A stretch of DNA of 64,000 nucleotides, from contig JAZDQA010000013.1 of assembly GCA_043797085.1 (NCBI GenBank), forward strand, positions 32,001-96,000, in the 5' to 3' direction. Positions 51,196-60,208 of the stretch are shown piece by piece. The notes under the pieces were generated by a model. The model had not been told where the DNA came from, searched no databases, and saw only the letters and a program-made list of their open reading frames with translations. This DNA comes from Pseudomonadota bacterium (lineage in GTDB: Bacteria; Campylobacterota; Campylobacteria; Campylobacterales; Sulfurimonadaceae). A program made the position numbers and the translations under genes. Position 1 is the stretch's first letter, and the number at the start of each line of letters is the position of its first letter.

Positions 51196-52017
51196 ATGAA
51201 AAACAGTAAAGCATTTTTCTACTTCTTGTTATTGATTTCTCTTCCCATATATGCTGCAAATGATGCTGATCTTGATGGAGTGGATGACGCAATAGATAAG
51301 TGTCCTAATACCCCTTTTAGTGATCTCGCTGATGCGTATGGGTGTACAACCTCATCGCTTTACACCCAAACCTCTTACGATATCATCATGGGACTTAACC
51401 TCTCTAGCATAAATGCAAACACCCTGGAAAATACGAAAACTTACAACACTACTATACAAGCGGATATCTACCATGGCAATTTTTCAGCTCAATTGCTTGC
51501 TTCTTATTTCAAATCAAAAGACAGCACTTACAGCGATAAAGGATGGAATGACACCCAGGTAAACCTCTTTTATCTTTTTAACCCAACCAAAGAATTGATG
51601 ATTCAAACGGGGATAGGTGTTAGTTTATCTACCTATTCTACACTTTACAACAATGAAGCAGCCGATTATATGGCTTCCCTTTCTCTTCAATACTCACTTG
51701 ATAAAAACATTAATCTCTTTGGCGGCTATAGCTATACAATGGTGAATGATGACGATGTTGGTAATCTTCTAAACTACCAAAATACCAATGCATTTTACGC
51801 CGGAATCCGGTATCTGGACAATAAGAATAAATCACTCAGTGCATCTTATACAAATACCCAAAGCATCTATTCAAGCGTTGATCCCATTGAAACACTTTCA
51901 TTTGGAGTCATGATTCCTCTCGACTTGCATTGGTTTGTTTTGGGAGATTATCGGTACGGACTAAGCGCCAGCGCCAGCGATCACGAAGCGGCATTGCGCA
52001 TAGGTTATACTTTTTAG
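51196..52017 (+). CDS. Outer-membrane beta-barrel protein with N-terminal thrombospondin type 3-like repeat
   Basis: Signal peptide, DADLDGVDDAIDKCPNTP, alternating beta-strand pattern, C-terminal LRIGYTF. Confidence 0.75.
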   Translation: MKNSKAFFYFLLLISLPIYAANDADLDGVDDAIDKCPNTPFSDLADAYGCTTSSLYTQTSYDIIMGLNLSSINANTLENTKTYNTTIQADIYHGNFSAQLLASYFKSKDSTYSDKGWNDTQVNLFYLFNPTKELMIQTGIGVSLSTYSTLYNNEAADYMASLSLQYSLDKNINLFGGYSYTMVNDDDVGNLLNYQNTNAFYAGIRYLDNKNKSLSASYTNTQSIYSSVDPIETLSFGVMIPLDLHWFVLGDYRYGLSASASDHEAALRIGYTF

Positions 52018-52031
52018 GGTAAACTATCATT

Positions 52032-52700
52032 ATGACAAAAGCCAAACTCCTCCTTCTCGAAGACGACCCAAATCTCTCTGAAAGTGTGAGCGAATATTTA
52101 AATGAACAGGGGTACGATGTCGTTTGCGTCTATGATGCCTCCTGCGCTGAGGATATCTTGTATGAACAAAAATTCGATCTTCTCCTTTTGGATGTCAATG
52201 TTCCCAATGGGAATGGTTTTTCCCTGCTCAAAAACTCTCGTCATGAGGGCAATCATACCCCTGCCATTTTTCTCACCTCACGCAACGCTATGGACGATGT
52301 TGAAGAGGGATTTGCAAGTGGGGCAGATGATTATCTGCGCAAACCTTTTGCACTTAAAGAGCTGTTATTACGCATCCAAACCATTTTAAAACGCAGTTTT
52401 TATCATCCTATCAGTGAATCCATCGATTTAGGGGAAGGTATCACTTATGATACGCACAATCAAGTGTTAAAAATAAATGGCGTGGAACAAAATCTTCAAC
52501 TCAAAGAGCACAAACTTCTTAAACTCTTTTTACAGCATAAAGGAGAGCTTCTGATTCACGAAGTAATCATGGAACACCTATGGGATTTTGATGAGACCCC
52601 AAGTGACGGAAGCCTACGTACCTACATCAAAACCCTTCGTAAATTATTAGGAGGTGAGCGTATTGTCAGCCACAAACGCCTCGGGTATCAGTTCCGCTAA
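52032..52700 (+). CDS. OmpR-family response regulator
   Basis: LLLEDD, LLDVNVP, GADDYLRKPF, LRTYIKTLRK, GYQF. Confidence 0.94.
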   Translation: MTKAKLLLLEDDPNLSESVSEYLNEQGYDVVCVYDASCAEDILYEQKFDLLLLDVNVPNGNGFSLLKNSRHEGNHTPAIFLTSRNAMDDVEEGFASGADDYLRKPFALKELLLRIQTILKRSFYHPISESIDLGEGITYDTHNQVLKINGVEQNLQLKEHKLLKLFLQHKGELLIHEVIMEHLWDFDETPSDGSLRTYIKTLRKLLGGERIVSHKRLGYQFR

Positions 52701-53856
52701 ATACCGTACACTAAAACGCTTTTTAGCACTGTATGGAGTGATGAGCATCTTGATCTTAGCCCTTATCGGTACACTCTATTACCAGTTTCAACGCTCTCAA
52801 ATGCTCTCATCTCACCGCCTCGCAATGCAGCTTCAAAGCGAAACCTATATGCCAAAAGTGAAAAAATGGCTTGAAAATGGGCATGATTTAAAAACTTTTC
52901 CTAGTGATTTAGCGTATAAAACGGCATTATATGGCTACGATAAAGACCTTCTCGTTGGAAATACACTCAAGCGTTCCATAGATTTTAATGAAAATATCTA
53001 TCTTGATTCACGATACATTCACCTCGTTTTGCCCCTCGCACCCTATGGCTTGGGAGAATACTATCTCGTCTTTGAAACGCCGGATGATGAACTGTGGAAA
53101 ACTCAAACCATACAATATTTTCTCATTTTCGGCTCACTTCTTTTTCTGATTCTTGCTCTCATTGGCTTTGGACTTTCACGCCTTCTTTTACGCCCCATGA
53201 ACGAAGCTATCGCATTACTCGATGATTTTATCAAAGACACTACCCATGAGCTCAATACTCCCGTCAGTGCCATCCTCACCAACATCGAAACGCTCAAAGA
53301 AGAAGCTCTTTCCCCATCCGTGCTCAAAAAACTAAACCGCATCGAAATCGCCTCGCGCACCATCTCCACCCTCTATGATGATCTCACCTACCTCATCCTC
53401 AATCATGATCTTGCAACACTCAACGTAACACTCAATATGAGCGATTTACTGCATGAACGCCTTGAATATTTTCGTCATCGAATCGAGCAAAAGAAGATTC
53501 ATCTTGATTTGCATATCTCTCCCGATATTCTCATCATAATCGATCAAACCAAAGCCATTCGCGTCATCGACAATCTCCTCTCTAATGCGATCAAATACAA
53601 CCGCATGGGAGGAAAAATCACCATACATCTGGATGAATACCAACTATGTATCGAAGATAACGGCATTGGAATTTCTCAAGATATGATAGAGCGTGTATTT
53701 GAACGCTACACCCGCGCCGATAAAAGCGTGGGTGGATTCGGGATAGGATTGCACATTGTTGCCATGATCGCCAAAGAGTATGATTTTGATATTACTATTG
53801 AATCGGAAGAGAAGATGGGGACCAAAATTTGTGTGAGATGGGAATATTCCCACTAA
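52654..53856 (+). CDS. Sensor histidine kinase
   Basis: Two TM helices, THELNTPV, NLLSNAIKYN, DNGIGI, GFGIGL. Confidence 0.93.
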   Translation: MSVLSATNASGISSAKYRTLKRFLALYGVMSILILALIGTLYYQFQRSQMLSSHRLAMQLQSETYMPKVKKWLENGHDLKTFPSDLAYKTALYGYDKDLLVGNTLKRSIDFNENIYLDSRYIHLVLPLAPYGLGEYYLVFETPDDELWKTQTIQYFLIFGSLLFLILALIGFGLSRLLLRPMNEAIALLDDFIKDTTHELNTPVSAILTNIETLKEEALSPSVLKKLNRIEIASRTISTLYDDLTYLILNHDLATLNVTLNMSDLLHERLEYFRHRIEQKKIHLDLHISPDILIIIDQTKAIRVIDNLLSNAIKYNRMGGKITIHLDEYQLCIEDNGIGISQDMIERVFERYTRADKSVGGFGIGLHIVAMIAKEYDFDITIESEEKMGTKICVRWEYSH

Positions 53857-53869
53857 AGTGGGAATGACG
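53846..53869. repeat. ATTCCC-N8-GGGAAT-GACG palindrome overlapping the kinase stop codon
   Basis: ATTCCC-actaaagt-GGGAAT-GACG; the TAA at 53854-53856 lies in the loop. Confidence 0.6.
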
Positions 53870-53878
53870 AGAAGAAAA

Positions 53879-54175
53879 TTACTTTTTCAACGTTGCAATG
53901 TACTCTGAAAGAACTTTCATATCCGCATCACTGAGTGCTGCCATTTGCCCTTTCATCAGCGCACCCATACCTTTGGTATTACGCGTTCCAGCTTTATAGC
54001 CTTTAAGTGCGTCAAGAGTTTTATCGCTTTTCCATCCAGCAATTATTTCAGATTTTCCAAGAGCTGCTTTTTCACCTTTTTGACCGTGACATGCGGCACA
54101 TTTTTGAAACACTGCAGAACCGTCCGCAGCGTTTAACATAAGAGTAAGACCTAATAGTGCAAATAATGTTTTCAT
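53879..54175 (-). CDS. Cytochrome c553-like monoheme cytochrome c
   Basis: Signal peptide, CAACHG, distal Met (MGALMKGQ). Confidence 0.93.
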   Translation of the reverse strand: MKTLFALLGLTLMLNAADGSAVFQKCAACHGQKGEKAALGKSEIIAGWKSDKTLDALKGYKAGTRNTKGMGALMKGQMAALSDADMKVLSEYIATLKK

Positions 54176-54200
54176 AATTGAATCCTTTTTATTATTTTAT

Positions 54201-54298
54201 ACGCCGAAGGAACAAAGTCCCTTTCGGCTACGCTAACGCTTAGTTTTACCCACAAGGGGCACAATGCCTTCGGCAGGAAGCCCAGCGCACATCTGTGC
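54201..54298 (+). repeat. GTAG-tagged palindromic repeat, copy C
   Basis: ACGCCGAAGG-aacaaagtc-CCTTTCGGC-TACGCTAACGCT ... GCAC-atct-GTGC. Confidence 0.85.
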
Positions 54299-54320
54299 TT
54301 ATTTTTTCAATGTATTTTCA

Positions 54321-54650
54321 TTAACCGCAACTCGGCACATTTCCCGAATCACTGCCGTATTCTTTAGCAAAATCACCGACATCTTGCAATTTCTCTTTCA
54401 TGTCAGGATTAGTAAGTATCGGTAACGCTCTTGGGAATCTTTCTCCATACTCTTTGATAAATCCTTTTGCACCATCAGCAAAAAGTTCTTCCCATTCGGC
54501 TACGGTATGATCCGCCGCAAACTTCGTCCCATTCATCCCAAACGATGCTTTAAACGATTTTAGATAGGTTTTTTGACCTGTCTTAGCATCCGCATGCGCC
54601 ATTGACGCAACCAAAGCCATAGAGGCAACTAAAAGTAAAAACTTGTTCAT
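54321..54650 (-). CDS. Exported cytochrome c-like protein lacking a CxxCH motif
   Basis: Signal peptide, GQKTYLK..., FAADHT..EW, C-terminal YGSDSGNVPSCG. Confidence 0.7.
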   Translation of the reverse strand: MNKFLLLVASMALVASMAHADAKTGQKTYLKSFKASFGMNGTKFAADHTVAEWEELFADGAKGFIKEYGERFPRALPILTNPDMKEKLQDVGDFAKEYGSDSGNVPSCG

Positions 54651-54717
54651 TGATAACTCCTGTTTTTAAAAGAACCTCTTAAAGAGATTCTTTTTAGATA
54701 TCAGCAGTATAAAAAAA

Positions 54718-54738
54718 GATTGTGGAGGGATTGTGAAG
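54718..54738 (-). promoter_or_regulatory. Putative response-regulator direct repeat upstream of 54650
   Basis: Minus strand CTTCACAATC-c-CTCCACAATC (11-bp period) upstream of a TATACT -10 box. Confidence 0.45.
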
Positions 54739-54742
54739 AGGA

Positions 54743-54958
54743 TTAAAGGTTTTTAAATTTATCAATCAAAACAGAAATTTGTTTCTCTTGCTCATAAAGA
54801 GCAAAACTTTTTCGAACATAAGCATGAAGAAGTGTTTTGAGATCATTGTTCCCCTCAATGTGAAAATCTTCGCTCATTTGTTTGGTGAGGAACTTTGCAA
54901 AGTCCTCTTCAACGTCGATGTCATAACGTTTGGCATTGAGAGTGAGCGCAACGTTCAC
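54743..54958 (-). CDS. Small protein, ZapA-like
   Basis: N-terminal beta pair (VALTLNAKRYDIDV) followed by helices; downstream of a coiled-coil gene. Confidence 0.55.
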   Translation of the reverse strand: MNVALTLNAKRYDIDVEEDFAKFLTKQMSEDFHIEGNNDLKTLLHAYVRKSFALYEQEKQISVLIDKFKNL

Positions 54959-54960
54959 AA

Positions 54961-55191
54961 TTATCCCAATAAGCTTTCGATTTTAGAAACGATGGCTTCG
55001 ATCTCAATATCTTTTTCAAGTAATTCGTTCTCAAGCTTAGCAAGCTCATCATCTTTACCCTTGAGACTTGCTTGAAGCATTGCGATTTCTTCTTGGAGAA
55101 CCTTAAGCTCATCATTTTCAGCCGCGTGTTTTTCAATCAATTGAGTTGTAAGAGCAGTAAGACGTTCTATCGGAGTGGGATTAAAAAGCAT
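54961..55191 (-). CDS. Small coiled-coil protein, ZapB-like
   Basis: Continuous heptad pattern, AAGG SD. Confidence 0.6.
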   Translation of the reverse strand: MLFNPTPIERLTALTTQLIEKHAAENDELKVLQEEIAMLQASLKGKDDELAKLENELLEKDIEIEAIVSKIESLLG

Positions 55192-55256
55192 GATTAACCT
55201 TGCGTATGGATGTGTTGACTATAATTCTATCATATTTTACACTAGGTTAACACTCT

Positions 55257-55288
55257 TTGCCAATTTTTAAAGTCTATACCTTGTATCA
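55257..55288 (+). repeat. Duplicated 5' end of uvrB (28/32 identical to 55689-55720)
   Basis: TTGCCAATTTTTAAAGTCTATACCTTGTATCA vs TTGCCAATATTTAAAGTCCATACCCCGTATCA. Confidence 0.85.
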
Positions 55289-55324
55289 TATTTGGCGAAT
55301 TCGCGCAGTTGAGAAAACTATTGA

Positions 55325-55354
55325 TTGAGCCTTTTTAAGTATAAGTCGTATACT
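55325..55354 (+). promoter_or_regulatory. Putative sigma70 promoter of the small ORF
   Basis: TTGAGC-N18-TATACT. Confidence 0.45.
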
Positions 55355-55401
55355 ATGTGTGAACGATTATGTGATTAACAAATCCAACGAAAGGGGATAT
55401 T

Positions 55402-55497
55402 ATGGCAAAAGGTCAAGATTCAAAAAAAGCAGTTAAAAAAGCACCGACAAAAACATTAAAAGAAAAACGCAACGACAAAAATTCGAAAAAAAGTTAG
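55402..55497 (+). CDS. Small lysine-rich protein, 31 aa (MAKGQDSKKAVKKAPTKTLKEKRNDKNSKKS), absent from the ORF track
   Basis: AAGGGG SD 5 nt upstream of ATG, upstream promoter-like boxes, downstream hairpin. Confidence 0.75.
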   Translation: MAKGQDSKKAVKKAPTKTLKEKRNDKNSKKS

Positions 55498-55512
55498 ATA
55501 TTAGGTATCATT

Positions 55513-55542
55513 AAAAAACGATGATTCAGCCTCTCGTTTTTT
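55513..55542 (+). terminator. Putative intrinsic terminator after the small ORF
   Basis: AAAAAACGA-N12-TCGTTTTTT. Confidence 0.5.
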
Positions 55543-55688
55543 CATTACCAAATAAAACACCTTTTCCTCAAAAACTTCATCTAAAAACTCACCTTAATCA
55601 AGCAGCCTATAGGCAGTCATCCTCCTTAGAAAACAGCATTTGCGCTATAATTCGACCACTATAAACCAAATTAATTCAGGGTAGTATT

Positions 55689-57662
55689 TTGCCAATATTT
55701 AAAGTCCATACCCCGTATCAAGCTGCCGGTGATCAGCCTGTTGCTATTGAAGCACTAAGCTCCAGTATTAAAGATGGTCAACGCTATGTCACACTAGAAG
55801 GTGTAACAGGTAGCGGTAAAACGTATACTATGGCGAAGGTTATCGAGAGCGTTCAGCTGCCGACCATCATCATGACGCATAACAAAACTCTTGCAGCACA
55901 ACTGTACAGTGAATTCCGCAGTTTCTTTCCGGATAATCATGTTGAGTATTTTGTATCGTATTATGATTACTATCAGCCGGAAGCGTACATCCCGCGTCAA
56001 GATTTGTTCATCGAAAAAGACAGCTCCATCAACGATGAACTGGAGCGTTTACGTCTCTCCGCTTCTGCCAATCTCCTCAGCTACGATGATGTTATCGTTG
56101 TGGCATCTGTCTCTGCCAACTACGGACTGGGTGATCCTGAAGAGTATGAGAAAATGGTGCAGATTGTTGCTGTTGGGGATGAGATCAATCAGAAAAAACT
56201 TTTGCTTCGTCTTGTTGAGATGGGATACTCTCGTAATGATGCGTATTTCGATGGCGGAGATTTCAGGGTTAATGGAGAAGTGATCGATATCTATCCCCCG
56301 TATTGGCAGGATCAGGCGGTGCGTATCGAATTTTTCGGGGATGAAGTGGAGCAGATACGTTTTTTTGAACCTCTGAGCAATACGATGACCGAGAAACAAG
56401 AGACCGTCACTATCTTTGCGACCAGCCAGTTTGCTGTTGGAGCTGAGAAACTCTCACGTGCCATCAAACGTATCGAAGATGAGCTGGGAGAACGTCTTCA
56501 AGAGCTTGAAGCTCAAGGCAAAATTGTCGAGGCGCAACGGCTTCGTCAACGATGTGAGTTTGATCTGGAAATGTTGCAAGCTACTGGGATGTGTAAGGGG
56601 ATCGAAAACTATTCACGTCTTTTAACCGATAAAAAAGCAGGAGAAGCACCGTATACCTTGCTGGATTATTTCACACTTCATCATGATAAGTTTCTCATCA
56701 TTGTTGACGAATCACACGTGAGTTTGCCTCAGTTTCGGGGGATGTTTGCTGCGGATAGAAGTCGAAAAGAGGTTCTCGTCGATTATGGATTCCGTCTTCC
56801 AAGCGCACTGGATAACCGTCCCCTTATGATCGGAGAGTACCTCGATAAATCTCCTCACTATCTTTTCGTTTCTGCAACACCATCAGCTCAAGAATTGGAA
56901 TTAAGTTCCACAGTAGCGCATCAAATCATCCGACCGACAGGATTACTTGATCCCCCCATCACCATCAAACCATCTACCAACCAAGTCGAAGACTTACACG
57001 ATGAGATCAAAAAAACGGTTGCCCTTGGGGATCGTGTTCTTGTAACCGTATTGACCAAAAAAATGGCAGAAGCTCTCGCTAAATATCTGGCTGATTTGGG
57101 AATCAAAGTCCAATACATGCACTCAGAGATTGATACCATCGAGCGCAATCAGATTATTCGCGGTCTTCGTGTGGGGGATTTTGATGTCCTTATCGGAATC
57201 AATCTTCTTCGGGAGGGATTGGATTTGCCGGAGGTCAGTTTGGTCGCGATTTTAGATGCGGATAAAGAGGGTTTTTTACGTTCAGAAACGGCTCTTATCC
57301 AAACCATCGGACGTGCTGCACGTAATGAGCACGGCCGTGTTATTCTGTACGCTCAAAGAATCACCGGCTCCATGGAACGTGCCATCAAAAAAACCAATGA
57401 CCGACGCGCAATCCAAGAAGCCCATAATATCCTTCATGGAATCGTCCCAACTACTACTATGCGCTCACTGGATGAAAATCTCAAACTCGAAGATGTGGGT
57501 GATTTATACAACCGTTCCAAAAAAGCCAAAACGCTTCCTGCAGCGGAACGAAAGAAACTCATTGATGAACTCAGTCTCAAAATGAAAGAAGCAGCAAAAA
57601 AACTCGAATTCGAAGAAGCGGCACGTCTGCGCGATGAAATTGCAAAAATAAGGAAATTATAA
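55689..57662 (+). CDS. uvrB: Excinuclease ABC subunit B
   Basis: [46 protein letters not shown]-terminal UVR domain. Confidence 0.98.
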   Translation: MPIFKVHTPYQAAGDQPVAIEALSSSIKDGQRYVTLEGVTGSGKTYTMAKVIESVQLPTIIMTHNKTLAAQLYSEFRSFFPDNHVEYFVSYYDYYQPEAYIPRQDLFIEKDSSINDELERLRLSASANLLSYDDVIVVASVSANYGLGDPEEYEKMVQIVAVGDEINQKKLLLRLVEMGYSRNDAYFDGGDFRVNGEVIDIYPPYWQDQAVRIEFFGDEVEQIRFFEPLSNTMTEKQETVTIFATSQFAVGAEKLSRAIKRIEDELGERLQELEAQGKIVEAQRLRQRCEFDLEMLQATGMCKGIENYSRLLTDKKAGEAPYTLLDYFTLHHDKFLIIVDESHVSLPQFRGMFAADRSRKEVLVDYGFRLPSALDNRPLMIGEYLDKSPHYLFVSATPSAQELELSSTVAHQIIRPTGLLDPPITIKPSTNQVEDLHDEIKKTVALGDRVLVTVLTKKMAEALAKYLADLGIKVQYMHSEIDTIERNQIIRGLRVGDFDVLIGINLLREGLDLPEVSLVAILDADKEGFLRSETALIQTIGRAARNEHGRVILYAQRITGSMERAIKKTNDRRAIQEAHNILHGIVPTTTMRSLDENLKLEDVGDLYNRSKKAKTLPAAERKKLIDELSLKMKEAAKKLEFEEAARLRDEIAKIRKL

Positions 57663-57665
57663 ATC

Positions 57666-58226
57666 ATGGATGACATGCTCAACAACCTCTCAACGTACGG
57701 CTATGCTATTTTATTTTTATACTCATTAGGCGGTGGTTTTCTCGCTCTCTTAGGTGCAGGGGTACTGAGTTTCATGGGTAAAATGGACATTACCCTCTCC
57801 ATTACCATCGCATTTATCGCCAATTTTATCGGTGATGGATTGCTTTTTTACATGGCGCGTTATCATAAACGGGAGATGATGGAATATCTAAGCAAACACA
57901 AACGAAAACTTGCTTTTTCACATCTCCTCCTCAAACGTCGCGGCTCATGGATTATCGTTATCAAAAAGTTTATTTATGGTCTCAAAACACTGATTCCCCT
58001 TGCGATTGGTTTGAGTAAATACAGTTTTTTGAAATTCAGTCTCTACAATGCAATCGGAGCTTTTATCTGGGCTGTAGTCGTTGGGGGATTAAGTTATCTT
58101 TTTGGAGGAGCACTCATCGAGGGGTATAAAATGGTTTCTGATAAACCGTATTTAGCCCCTGTCATGCTGCTTCTTGTTGGTGGAAGCTTGTGGTTTTACC
58201 TAACTCAAGCAACGAAGAGAAAGTAA
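57666..58226 (+). CDS. DedA family membrane protein
   Basis: GY.ILF, G...G....F..AR, KFIYGLKT.IP..IG. Confidence 0.88.
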   Translation: MDDMLNNLSTYGYAILFLYSLGGGFLALLGAGVLSFMGKMDITLSITIAFIANFIGDGLLFYMARYHKREMMEYLSKHKRKLAFSHLLLKRRGSWIIVIKKFIYGLKTLIPLAIGLSKYSFLKFSLYNAIGAFIWAVVVGGLSYLFGGALIEGYKMVSDKPYLAPVMLLLVGGSLWFYLTQATKRK

Positions 58227-58227
58227 G

Positions 58228-60195
58228 TTAAAAAACCAGTTTTTCTTCTGTTGTCGGGGCCTGATCGTCTTCTACACCAGGTGTTTGTGATACATCGGTA
58301 AAGTTTTCCGTCTCATTGCCGTCTGTGCTTTTATTTTCCGTATAGACGCCTGCGGGACGATCAAAATAGCGCTTAGTATTGGGATAGATACGGAACATAT
58401 CCTCGTAATAATAACGAAATACCTGCCCTGCCGCTCGTCCACCGGTTTCACTGCGTCGCATCGGGGTATTGTTATCATGCCCATACCAAACAACCGTCTC
58501 TACCGTAGGTGAATAACCGATAAACCATGCATCGACATTTTTATTGGTCGTTCCTGTTTTTCCGGCGATTTCGACTCCTCCTACACGCGCTGCCGTACCG
58601 GTTCCAAATGAAACAACATCTTGTAAAATCGATGTCATTAGGTAGGTTTGTTCTCGCGTATTGACTTGACGCCGTTTATTTTCATATCGGAACGTTTCTC
58701 CTTTAGGAGTAATGACGTGACGAATTAATATAGGGTTGGTCTGAACTCCGCCACTTGCAAACATCGTATAATATTTTGCTAAATCATGCGGTGAAATTGC
58801 AATTGTCCCTAAAGCAATCGAAAGATCAGGGGGGAAATTTTCAACAATCCCATAGCGATGCAGTCCCTCTACTACTTTTCCAAAACCCATATCGCTCACC
58901 ATATTAATGGTTGCAAGGTTACGTGAATAGGTGAGCGCATTGCGGATAGTGACCATCCCTTTGTACTCATTTTTATAGTTTTTTGGTTTCCACTCTTTCT
59001 CTTCCCCGTCATCCCCTTTATAGGTATACGTACGGGCAATATCTGGAACAAGGGTTGCCGGAGTCATTCCGCTATCAAGTGCAACTTGGTAAATAAACGG
59101 TTTGAATGCAGAACCCGGTTGACGCTTGGCTTGGGTAACACGATTATAAGAACTAACGGAGTAATCATATCCGCCAACCATTGCCAAAACTTCCCCCGTA
59201 TTAGGGTCCATGCTCATCAATGCCCCATTAAGCTGAGTTTGCATATTTTCATCCAGCTCACCCGCTTCTTCGGCACGTTTCAAAATCTCATTTCGTCCGG
59301 ATTGGAGTGCTTTATAACCCGCTTCTTGAAGTCTCATATCGATGGTGGTGTAAATCTTGTATCCGCCGCTGCGAATATCGGGAAACGCATCACCAAGCTG
59401 TCGCATAACCTCATCAATAACATATGGACCTGAATTTTTACTCAACGTATCATTGAATACTTTTGGTCGCTCTTGCGTCGCTTTATCGTACGTATCTTGA
59501 TCAATCCATCCAAGCGTTAACATTCGCTCGATTATACGGTTGGCACGCCCAAGATTTAGCTCATAGTTTTTCGTCGGTGCATAAAAGTTCGGTCCTTTTG
59601 GAAGGGCAACCAGCATTGCCATCTCTTTAAGGGTCAGCTCTTTAAGCTGTTTATGAAAATACCCATCGGACGCCGTTTTAATACCATAATAACCGTGACC
59701 CAAATAAATTTCATTAAGATAACGCTCCATAATTTGCTCTTTACTGAGCTCTTGTTCGATACGAATGGCGTACAATACCTCTTTAAACTTACGGGTAAAA
59801 TTCTTATCGCGCGTCAAAAGGGCATTTTTAACGAGCTGCTGCGTGATCGTACTTGCTCCCTCTTTGAGCTTTCCTGCCGATACGTCTTTGACAATAGCGC
59901 GCATAATTGCATCCGGATTAACCCCATGATGTTCAAAAAAATCGGTATCTTCGATCGCCACCAATGCTTCGATAAGTTGAGTAGGAATGTTTTCAAAAGA
60001 GACATAATAGCGGTGTTCATCGCTAAATAAATTGGCAATTTTTTCACCGTTTCGATCATATACTTCGGTCGTTAGGCGAGGCTTATAATTGATAAGCTTT
60101 TGGGTTTCGTACTCAAAATTGTAAATTATGTATCCCAAATAGCCTACTGGAATCATAATAAGAATTCCCAGTGTAATCCATAAATTTTTATTCAT
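58228..60195 (-). CDS. Class A penicillin-binding protein (PBP1A family)
   Basis: EDTDFFEHHG, GASTITQQL, RKFKE, SAFK (SxxK), SRN, KTG. Confidence 0.95.
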   Translation of the reverse strand: MNKNLWITLGILIMIPVGYLGYIIYNFEYETQKLINYKPRLTTEVYDRNGEKIANLFSDEHRYYVSFENIPTQLIEALVAIEDTDFFEHHGVNPDAIMRAIVKDVSAGKLKEGASTITQQLVKNALLTRDKNFTRKFKEVLYAIRIEQELSKEQIMERYLNEIYLGHGYYGIKTASDGYFHKQLKELTLKEMAMLVALPKGPNFYAPTKNYELNLGRANRIIERMLTLGWIDQDTYDKATQERPKVFNDTLSKNSGPYVIDEVMRQLGDAFPDIRSGGYKIYTTIDMRLQEAGYKALQSGRNEILKRAEEAGELDENMQTQLNGALMSMDPNTGEVLAMVGGYDYSVSSYNRVTQAKRQPGSAFKPFIYQVALDSGMTPATLVPDIARTYTYKGDDGEEKEWKPKNYKNEYKGMVTIRNALTYSRNLATINMVSDMGFGKVVEGLHRYGIVENFPPDLSIALGTIAISPHDLAKYYTMFASGGVQTNPILIRHVITPKGETFRYENKRRQVNTREQTYLMTSILQDVVSFGTGTAARVGGVEIAGKTGTTNKNVDAWFIGYSPTVETVVWYGHDNNTPMRRSETGGRAAGQVFRYYYEDMFRIYPNTKRYFDRPAGVYTENKSTDGNETENFTDVSQTPGVEDDQAPTTEEKLVF

Positions 60196-60208
60196 TCTCT
60201 GTCCTGTG

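Noticed and set aside
2792..54298. Repeats as a CRISPR array
   Set aside because: Copies are dispersed and variable, with no regular repeat-spacer period and no cas genes
54651..54742. Possible 6S RNA downstream of the zapB/zapA-like pair
   Set aside because: The gap is only 92 bp and is occupied by a promoter and a short hairpin; too short for 6S RNA
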